Of a stretch of 64,000 bases of DNA, positions 1-7,274 are shown one piece after another. Origin of the DNA: a virus (taxonomy: Duplodnaviria; Caudoviricetes); IMG/VR virus record IMGVR_UViG_3300021254_000020, positions 160,001 to 224,000 of that record. The stretch is one strand, 5' to 3'. The position numbers and the translations under genes are program-made. Under the pieces are notes generated by a model. It worked only from the letters and a program-made list of their open reading frames with translations, searched no databases and had not been told where the DNA came from. Every line of letters starts with the position of its first letter. The stretch's first letter is position 1.

Positions 1-336
1 ATTCTGAAATTTCGGATATAGGGTCTCATAGAGATGTGATTGTACTATCTCTATCTCTTCTATATTATTTAAATTCAACCCTCTAATTTGAATTAGATCA
101 TTAGCCTCTTCTATTGTTCCTAATAACACTTTGCTTGTAGTCTTTGGTTCAATGTAGAGACGCTTAGTATCTTGGTCTATCATGATATGATAAGTGTCTC
201 TTAGCAAGTGAGCCTTTGGATACTTCTTCATACTAATACGCATTAACGCTAAATCTTCTTTAGGTGGTGGTGAAGTCTCAATCTTTTCTTTCTTCTTCCC
301 AAACAACCAGTCGAAGATCTTTCTTAGAAAATTCAT
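1..336 (-). CDS. hypothetical protein, partial (runs off window start)
   Basis: Manual translation MNFLRKIFDWLFGKKKKEK... stays open to base 1; GGAG RBS and early-type motif at 357-366. Confidence 0.7.
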   Translation of the reverse strand, partial: MNFLRKIFDWLFGKKKEKIETSPPPKEDLALMRISMKKYPKAHLLRDTYHIMIDQDTKRLYIEPKTTSKVLLGTIEEANDLIQIRGLNLNNIEEIEIVQSHLYETLYPKFQN

Positions 337-398
337 AAATATCACTCTCCACCTATATAGTATATAACTTAACGTTTACTTACTAGTATGAGTAGTTT

Positions 399-1823
399 TT
401 AAAGATTAGGTAGCTTGGTCCCTAAATCAATATCTGGCCCTAGATGGTTATCATTTGGGCGGAGCCGAGCATATTTAAACATCTTGATGTTTCCTAGAGC
501 ATTATGCATAAACTCCTTATCAATGTATACCACGAAATGAATCTCTGTAGAGGTCAAAGGTTCAGTAAAGGTTAACTTCATATTCTCCCAATCAATAGCT
601 ACTTGGATATAATCTACCCAGTTAAATGCCATTATATTAATGAATCTAGATGGAGATATGGCATTGGCTTTAGTGGCATCTATAACTTCTCTTAATTCGT
701 TGATGAATATTGGATCTATATCTATAGTTACTGGCTGTTTATTATTGAATGCTTCCATCTCTTCTTTAGTAGATAATTCATACTTAGACCTAAATTCCCA
801 AGGCCATCCATGCTCATCTACTGCAGGAATATTGGCTAAAGTAGTGATACCGAACAAGAACGATTTAGTATCCAATACAGTATAGGATTCCAAATGCTCC
901 CTCTGTATTAGAGAGTAGTATGCAAAGAACTTGAGATATGGGAAGAACACCTCACAAGTGAAATTTACTCCAAAATCATTATATATCATATTTCTCTGCT
1001 GACCTTGTTGTTTCTGTATTCTAGAGGTTCTGATATGAATCCTACACCTAGGGATTCTCAAGAAGAATTCCATATTACCAGTAGCTTCATTGAACTTATA
1101 CATCAATGCTAGTTTACTTCTCATATTGAAGTAATGTAGCATATCATTAACCTCATACATACCGTCTTCATTACATAGACCTGCATCACAAGCTACTTGG
1201 CCGATAAGCTCATGAGGTATAGGATAATCTATATCTATATAGTTCTTTTGACTACCTCCTCCTCTAAATGCCATATCACATAGAGCAAATACGTCATCTT
1301 GAACTGATTTGGTAGATACATGGATATTGAATCCGAACTCCATTCTAACTTCTCCAAAGGCTAGAGATATATAAGTATTATGTTCTCGATCAATAAAAAA
1401 AGCATCTCTATAATTACATCTATTATTGTATAAGGTTAGACCTAGATTATATAGGTCTATATTGCTACGATTGTATTCAGTGTCCTCATCTACTGTAATA
1501 TGAGCAGATGGTTTATTCGTCTTAATCAGTTCTCTCATAGTATATCTCTGAGTCTGATCATGAATGTGAGATAAATCTAAGTATTTATGCTTAAAGAAGT
1601 TCTTTGGGAATCTCTTATAGAACCAGTTATTCATGTATTGTATAGCAAGACTATATGACTGATATAGCTGGGCTACTATGAGATTGGTTTTGAGCTTATG
1701 GTTCTGCGTTTTCTTTACTTCTATCGGTAGTCCCTTGGTTACTCCAAATCTCTCGAGAACTTCTCGATTAGATAATACCTTTACGTATCTTCCTGGCTGA
1801 TGATTTTCCATTTGCATCTTCAC
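399..1823 (-). CDS. conserved jumbo-phage protein, probably virion structural
   Basis: 474-aa ORF downstream of a late-type motif (2039-2051); function inferred from context. Confidence 0.5.
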   Translation of the reverse strand: MKMQMENHQPGRYVKVLSNREVLERFGVTKGLPIEVKKTQNHKLKTNLIVAQLYQSYSLAIQYMNNWFYKRFPKNFFKHKYLDLSHIHDQTQRYTMRELIKTNKPSAHITVDEDTEYNRSNIDLYNLGLTLYNNRCNYRDAFFIDREHNTYISLAFGEVRMEFGFNIHVSTKSVQDDVFALCDMAFRGGGSQKNYIDIDYPIPHELIGQVACDAGLCNEDGMYEVNDMLHYFNMRSKLALMYKFNEATGNMEFFLRIPRCRIHIRTSRIQKQQGQQRNMIYNDFGVNFTCEVFFPYLKFFAYYSLIQREHLESYTVLDTKSFLFGITTLANIPAVDEHGWPWEFRSKYELSTKEEMEAFNNKQPVTIDIDPIFINELREVIDATKANAISPSRFINIMAFNWVDYIQVAIDWENMKLTFTEPLTSTEIHFVVYIDKEFMHNALGNIKMFKYARLRPNDNHLGPDIDLGTKLPNL

Positions 1824-2019
1824 ACCTTTCTATACAAGACCGAAGATCTTTATTCTGTTTTTCTAGCTTATCTATTCTATCTTTCATCTCTTTTGTAACT
1901 AATATAAAATGTTCATACTCAGTTTTCAGATGGTTATAACTACCAATCAACCCATTAACTCTCTTATTTAGAAGATCTATAGTTTGAGCATAGTTAACAA
2001 GACTAGGATCATTTACCAT
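1768..2019 (-). CDS. small coiled-coil hypothetical protein
   Basis: Start reassigned to ATG 2019 (MVNDP) after AGGAGG. Confidence 0.65.
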   Translation of the reverse strand: MVNDPSLVNYAQTIDLLNKRVNGLIGSYNHLKTEYEHFILVTKEMKDRIDKLEKQNKDLRSCIERCEDANGKSSARKIRKGII

Positions 2020-2103
2020 ATTAATATCCTCCTTTATCTTACAAGAATGTGGTAGAAAGCAAAAAAGAATACCCATCCAATACAGGATGGGTATTTCATT
2101 ATT

Positions 2104-2436
2104 TTAACGCTTCATCTCTTCGGCAATATCGATTGTCTTTTCCATACCATCAGCCTTTGCTAAACTGTAGATACGGTTTCCCTTTACGTTGTAGTACCAA
2201 TTCTTATACTGAGGGATATACTCAAAAGTATAGAAATCTACAGCTACAGAAGAGCCATTAATAAGTGTATGGATTTCTGCAGTAAACCATTCATCTCCTC
2301 TCCACTTAATAGTGGAATCATCTACTGCCCATTCCATGGATTCAGTAGATTTTACTTCTCTCAGTGCTGCTTCACTACTACTTACCATAGAGATGAATGC
2401 AACCAACATAGCTACGACTAACACTACTTTTTTCAT
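2104..2436 (-). CDS. secreted/periplasmic hypothetical protein
   Basis: MKK + hydrophobic stretch + SEA signal peptide. Confidence 0.7.
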   Translation of the reverse strand: MKKVVLVVAMLVAFISMVSSSEAALREVKSTESMEWAVDDSTIKWRGDEWFTAEIHTLINGSSVAVDFYTFEYIPQYKNWYYNVKGNRIYSLAKADGMEKTIDIAEEMKR

Positions 2437-2750
2437 TTTTCTTCTTTCTCCTTTTCAGCTTTTCTTTTCTCTTCTATTAATTCTTCTAAGATAGAAAATA
2501 CCTTATCTAGCTCACAGATTGCAATTATCATATGATCTGAGATATGAGCTTGCCTAATAACTGTTTCAATGCTATCATCCTTAATGAGATCTTTTTCAGA
2601 AACATCGAAACTACTAGTGAGGATATTGATATTTTTACTAATAGATCCAAAAGCATCTTTGATTAATTCTAAAAGATGCTCTCTTGATTTAGCATCTCCT
2701 AATTTCTTCTTATTGATGTATTCCTCTAAGTTAAGAATCTTGTTATCCAT
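2433..2750 (-). CDS. hypothetical protein
   Basis: ORF with RBS, coupled to neighbours. Confidence 0.7.
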   Translation of the reverse strand: MDNKILNLEEYINKKKLGDAKSREHLLELIKDAFGSISKNINILTSSFDVSEKDLIKDDSIETVIRQAHISDHMIIAICELDKVFSILEELIEEKRKAEKEKEEK

Positions 2751-2753
2751 TTT

Positions 2754-3104
2754 TTACTCCTTTAAATAACCGTATTTTATTAACCAATCGACGGCATAGG
2801 ATTGCCACCAATCAAGATAATCATAGATGGGTTTTGGTGTATCTTGTCTATTCATAGATACAAACCAATCATCATGTGCCTTATAGAAGATAACAGGGTC
2901 AGGATAGGTAACATATTCATTTGCCTTCATATCCTCCATTATTATCTTTACAGCAGCCCAATTCTTCTCATTATTAGTAACTATATTTTGATCATCTAAC
3001 CAAAAGGCATAGTTTGTATCAGAATATAGATACCAGTGAGTTGCTTCTGCTCTAGGGATGAATAAACCGAGGGTAACTAGGAAAACCAAAAGTATCTTTT
3101 TCAT
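2754..3104 (-). CDS. secreted/periplasmic hypothetical protein
   Basis: MKKILLVFLVTLGLFIPRAEA signal peptide (AxA); GGAGG RBS. Confidence 0.7.
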   Translation of the reverse strand: MKKILLVFLVTLGLFIPRAEATHWYLYSDTNYAFWLDDQNIVTNNEKNWAAVKIIMEDMKANEYVTYPDPVIFYKAHDDWFVSMNRQDTPKPIYDYLDWWQSYAVDWLIKYGYLKE

Positions 3105-3158
3105 TTTTCTTATACCTCCATTCACCTATATAATATATAGTCGAGAGGTTTATAGATA

Positions 3159-3704
3159 CTAATCGCATCGAGCTTCTATAAATAATTTAATATCCTTCTT
3201 TAATGTATTGGTTATTCTACCTACTGAAGATATCCAATCTGTATTGAACCATACTGTAGACTCACAGTCAATAGCATTAAGAGATAATGATACGTCCCAT
3301 GTTAGTTTATCATCAAAATTAAAACTGTGACCTAATGCAGCTGCATGTCTACTAAAGTGGATACCATCATATCCATTATTCGCCATAGCCTGATAATTGA
3401 TCTGTGGTTTAAGGAATGCATTTTCGGCTTCTGGTAATTTGATTAACTCATCTGACAGATAATCATCGATATCTTTAATATCATATACATTGGCGCTTGG
3501 CTTAGGAATTATCAAATATAGCTCGTCCTGTATCCAATCAGGCATGTTATAGTAACACCATTCTATCCATCCTATATCTGACGGATTGTCTTTGAATGTA
3601 CTAGTCCATAAGGCATGTTGAGGTTTATTAACTCCATTAGGTAATAGATTAAACCAACACTTATCAATAGAGAACCCATTGATCATTACACATTGTTTAT
3701 ACAT
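3159..3704 (-). CDS. phage hypothetical protein (LWTS..GWIEWC..YDGIH..DCES motifs)
   Basis: ORF with GGAGG RBS and early-type motif. Confidence 0.7.
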   Translation of the reverse strand: MYKQCVMINGFSIDKCWFNLLPNGVNKPQHALWTSTFKDNPSDIGWIEWCYYNMPDWIQDELYLIIPKPSANVYDIKDIDDYLSDELIKLPEAENAFLKPQINYQAMANNGYDGIHFSRHAAALGHSFNFDDKLTWDVSLSLNAIDCESTVWFNTDWISSVGRITNTLKKDIKLFIEARCD

Positions 3705-3859
3705 ATTAATTCCTCCTTCACTAATATAGTATATATTACAAAAAAATATTAGTCGATAGCCAGGGAAGGATTATTAATAACCCTCCCCGTACTATCTTAA
3801 AGAGAGATGATGATATTGATTCAACCTCACCATCTCTCTGTTGCTACCAGCTTTGTAAC

Positions 3860-3970
3860 TTAGTGTTTGGTATCGGATACGTACCCGATTAACAACCATC
3901 CTAAATAGAATGCTCCTAATACCCCAAAGCCAACCATGATTTCTTCAAATGAACCACCACTAGTATACAT
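3860..3970 (-). CDS. 36-aa single-TM peptide
   Basis: Manual translation MYTSGGSFEEIMVGFGVLGAFYLGWLLIGYVSDTKH; GAGG RBS. Confidence 0.5.
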   Translation of the reverse strand: MYTSGGSFEEIMVGFGVLGAFYLGWLLIGYVSDTKH

Positions 3971-4061
3971 AAGTCATTCCTCCTCTATAAGCATAAGTAA
4001 CAGATTAAAGAATATTTCTATCAGTCTGCAGATGAAATCAATCATGTTGAACACCCCCAGA

Positions 4062-4421
4062 TCAGAAATGAATATGGATATGAATTTCCTGCTTGTTTTC
4101 TTCGATAGGAACATCGATATCGTATTTTTTGAAGAATCTGCAGATTTCCTTTGCACTGTCCTCACTGAGACGGTATGGGATCATTCTTGCAATGTTCTTT
4201 CCTTCGATCTCCATCATCGTTTTGTTGATCATTACCTTAGAATATAGATTGTAGTTGCGATATAATATCACACTCCTGTCGTTGTATACTTTCTCATACT
4301 TCTTTTTGAGAAGTGAGAATGCTACCTCGAATTTCTTAGCCAGGTCTTCCTTTTTCTGAGTTTCCATTGCCATCTTACCAGCCACTTCCATAATGGAACC
4401 AAAGATATCTAATGCTGCCAT
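4062..4421 (-). CDS. hypothetical protein
   Basis: ORF with AGGAAGG RBS. Confidence 0.7.
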   Translation of the reverse strand: MAALDIFGSIMEVAGKMAMETQKKEDLAKKFEVAFSLLKKKYEKVYNDRSVILYRNYNLYSKVMINKTMMEIEGKNIARMIPYRLSEDSAKEICRFFKKYDIDVPIEENKQEIHIHIHF

Positions 4422-4476
4422 GATAATCCTTCCTTTCTAAATGGGGCTAGCAATTATACTAGCCCCTACACACATA

Positions 4477-4797
4477 TTAACGAGCTGCAGTTTTCTTCAT
4501 AGCTTCAACACATCCATCTACGGATGCTTTTACTACTGGAGTTACGAATGCTTCTAAGAACAGGCTGGCCATTGGGTTTTCTTTTTCCCATTTGGCTAAT
4601 TCAGCTTTTCTCTTAGCTTCTGCGATTTTGGCCTTTCTTTTAGCTATTCTTTCTGCCTTTAATCTTGCTTCTCTTTCAGCTTCTTCTGCCTTTTTAGCTT
4701 TAGCAGAAAGATATTTGATAAGAGCAACGAATGGGAGAAAGATAGCTGCCAGTGCTGCCAGCATAACGATGATTTTGATAACGAGAGTGGTGAACAT
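4477..4797 (-). CDS. membrane-anchored coiled-coil protein
   Basis: N-terminal TM helix then A/K/E-rich helix. Confidence 0.7.
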   Translation of the reverse strand: MFTTLVIKIIVMLAALAAIFLPFVALIKYLSAKAKKAEEAEREARLKAERIAKRKAKIAEAKRKAELAKWEKENPMASLFLEAFVTPVVKASVDGCVEAMKKTAAR

Positions 4798-4803
4798 GGT
4801 TAA

Positions 4804-4904
4804 TACCCCTTTCTTTAGGTAATATAATAGAGGATCATAGCTATTTTACATATGTATCTATATACATATAACCTCTTATTCACCTCGATAATATACAATT
4901 GAAA
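4804..4904 (-). repeat. 101-bp dispersed repeat, copy 1 (early motif + leader hairpin + RBS)
   Basis: 99/101 identical to 27807-27907. Confidence 0.9.
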
Positions 4905-5035
4905 TTATGTATTTTTACGAAACACAGTCATTTACCATTCAGACAAAAAACGGTTAGAGGGGCATACAAGCCCCTCTTATCAAATATCACCATAATAATA
5001 TATTAATATTATTTTGAAAAATTGCAAAATATTAA

Positions 5036-5060
5036 GGAGTAGGTCATAATGACCTACTCC
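5036..5060 (-). terminator. hairpin, probable terminator of the ncRNA-containing transcript
   Basis: GGAGTAGGTCA-TAA-TGACCTACTCC perfect stem. Confidence 0.65.
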
Positions 5061-5103
5061 CTATGAGTATGATTTTATGGGTAAACCTTGTGTATATATA
5101 AAA

Positions 5104-5646
5104 GAGTTATGGATTGCGTTAGCTACCTTATACCGGTTATCCTCTGCTTCAAACTAGAATAGCAGTAACCCTCTTCGAGTAGCACGGAATTGTAATAAGG
5201 ATTTGGTTTATCAATTTGGCGGGTTATCAGATTGGGCTCGTTAAAAATACTACCAGGTATAAAAATAGTTTTATCAGGTTATCAGTTTAGGTACGTATAT
5301 CAATTTAACGAGTTATCAGTTTAGCCCATTTAAGCATCTTTGTATTTATGTGCTTAATTTGATTGAGGAAATCAATGTGACTCATTGTCCCCATATGAAC
5401 GCTCAGAGGGATTCGAACCCTCGTGATCTTTGCGATCGGAAGATTTTCGGTCTTCTGTGTTTAACCACTCCACCACAAGCGTTAACCATTCTGGTTATGT
5501 ATGAACAGCTTAAAAAGCTGGTGCAATCCTATTAGTCTTTTCTATTACCAAGAGGTAAGAGCATGTGGCCATAAGACATCTCGATTGCATTAGGAAAAGG
5601 CCCTAATTTGATTGAGGTTAATTCAGCCTCGTAATCCATAATTACT
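5104..5646 (-). ncRNA. candidate ~540-nt structured ncRNA with repeated TGATA motifs and an embedded tRNA-like domain
   Basis: No credible ORF; 5630-5641 pairs with 5107-5118 (11/12 bp); six TGATA-core motifs at 5208-5324. Confidence 0.6.
5398..5482 (-). tRNA. atypical class II (long variable arm) tRNA-like element; anticodon loop CCGAAAA (GAA in the canonical register)
   Basis: Cloverleaf: acceptor ACGCTTG/TGAGCGT, D arm GTG-GAGTGGTTAAA-CAC, anticodon stem GAAGA/TCTTC, variable arm GATC-GCAAA-GATC, T arm GAGGG-TTCGAAT-CCCTC; no encoded CCA. Confidence 0.75.
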
Positions 5647-5925
5647 CTAATATATCATTATAGCGTTTCTCAGATACGTATTGGATTTCATCTCTTCGTC
5701 TAGTCTCATTCGCATTGCCTCGATAGCATCATATGCAGTATGTGCACTTATCCATGTGTTTAACATGCTCTGCAATGACTCTGAGAGAATACGTTCCAAT
5801 TCACCAGCAAGTATAGAATCTTTCAGTTTAGGAACGATTTCAACATATAGAGTATGATTTGCTTCATTTATATCTACATAGATATAGTGAAACTCTTCTC
5901 TGTATCTGAATCTGATGCTATTCAT
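5647..5925 (-). CDS. hypothetical protein
   Basis: 92-aa ORF coupled to the upstream gene. Confidence 0.6.
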   Translation of the reverse strand: MNSIRFRYREEFHYIYVDINEANHTLYVEIVPKLKDSILAGELERILSESLQSMLNTWISAHTAYDAIEAMRMRLDEEMKSNTYLRNAIMIY

Positions 5926-5927
5926 GA

Positions 5928-6659
5928 TTAATAATCAATCTCTACTTTAGTAGAAGCATTAGCTTCACTAATAATAGAGTCGATCCGAACAATGTAATCG
6001 TTGATTGCATTGTAGTATTTCTGAATAGCGTTGTTGTTGACAAAATCATGAGGATCGATACGAATGATCTCTACAAGAGCTTCTTCTTTAGCACGTTCCT
6101 CATTATATTTATCTTGGCTCCAAGACTGTTTGCTGTCAGAGGGGAACTTACGTTCCATCTGATCTGCAACTTCTCTCTTAGCCCGATTCTCGTATTCAGC
6201 TCTCTCTTTCAAATCAGCAGTAAGAGTATTGAGAAGAGCATTAGCGAGACTCTTGAGCGGGTAATCCGTGTTATCGTAGCCAGTTTTGTTGGCGCGACCT
6301 TTATAGTTGTTCTTACGATTAATAGCCTCAGCGATAGTGATTTCTTCTTCTCCTACCTCTTTACCATTAATCAGATCACGGAAGTTAGGTTCACAAGGAA
6401 CTGTAACCAATGTGTTGTGATTGGCATGAGTATGTGCCTTCTTGAGAGCACTCAGTCGAGCCATCAGATCAGTGAATTGCTGGAACTGTTCTTTCTGATG
6501 ATTGGTCTGTTCTTCTAGAGAACGAGGACCAACATACTGGCTGTTTTTCAGGCACCAGGTTACAAATCGAAAATCATTTGATTTAATCAGATTAATGATT
6601 TGTACCTTTACTGATTTTTCCTCTGCCAGAACCTGAGTAAGTGTTAGTTCTTCGTGCAT
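5928..6659 (-). CDS. DIP1984-like coiled-coil protein
   Basis: LTLTQVLAEEK, ANHNTLV, ITIAEAINRK and C-terminal IDSIISEANASTKVEI resemble the DIP1984/DUF6847-type pattern (by eye). Confidence 0.55.
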   Translation of the reverse strand: MHEELTLTQVLAEEKSVKVQIINLIKSNDFRFVTWCLKNSQYVGPRSLEEQTNHQKEQFQQFTDLMARLSALKKAHTHANHNTLVTVPCEPNFRDLINGKEVGEEEITIAEAINRKNNYKGRANKTGYDNTDYPLKSLANALLNTLTADLKERAEYENRAKREVADQMERKFPSDSKQSWSQDKYNEERAKEEALVEIIRIDPHDFVNNNAIQKYYNAINDYIVRIDSIISEANASTKVEIDY

Positions 6660-6676
6660 GATTCTACCTCCATTAC

Positions 6677-6688
6677 TTATCAGTTTAG
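6677..6688 (-). promoter_or_regulatory. CTAAACTGATAA motif in the 5' leader just upstream of the RBS
   Basis: Exact copies at 5279-5290 and 5313-5324 in the downstream candidate ncRNA. Confidence 0.6.
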
Positions 6689-6713
6689 TGTATATTAAAA
6701 TCTAATTTAGCCG

Positions 6714-7166
6714 TTAATTGGTAGACATAATTGATTTCTTAATCAATTCGACTAAACTAGCCTTAATATCATCAAATGTACTGTCTTTGTCAGTCAGCTC
6801 ATAAGTGATATCAAACATGTAGTAGGATTTAATCGTACTATCTTGATTTACCTCTACTAAAGGAGTCTTTATATCATCATCAACTACTTCAGTGTCATAT
6901 ATAGAGATAATTGCTTCAGTGGGATCCTCTTCTTTAACATTATAATCACCGACAAATCTAACCTTTTTACCAGTCATCTTTTCTGTAAATTTCTTCCCAC
7001 TACCGGAAGGATTTACATTTCTCTTGCAAACTGTATAGGAATGACCATCTAAGAGAGCCTTGTAGTTAGCGAAAGCTTCAGCATCTTTTAAAGACTCGAA
7101 GATAGCGTTAGGTACAATCTCCCAATAATCTTTATCTCCTACATATACTTCATATATTTCTGTCAT
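6714..7166 (-). CDS. hypothetical protein
   Basis: ORF with GGAGG RBS. Confidence 0.7.
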   Translation of the reverse strand: MTEIYEVYVGDKDYWEIVPNAIFESLKDAEAFANYKALLDGHSYTVCKRNVNPSGSGKKFTEKMTGKKVRFVGDYNVKEEDPTEAIISIYDTEVVDDDIKTPLVEVNQDSTIKSYYMFDITYELTDKDSTFDDIKASLVELIKKSIMSTN

Positions 7167-7274
7167 GATACATATCCTCCATCCATTATATATTAGTATA
7201 CTTGGTTTTATTTTTTAATAAATCAATCACCCCTAGTCATTAAGACTAGGGGCAACTGTTTATTTTAGGATAGA

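Noticed and set aside
5208-5324. CRISPR or mini-array interpretation of the TGATA repeats
   Set aside because: Repeats are only 10-12 nt with irregular short spacing; no cas genes in the window
5350-5535. 61-aa plus-strand ORF
   Set aside because: Antisense to the tRNA-like cloverleaf; no RBS
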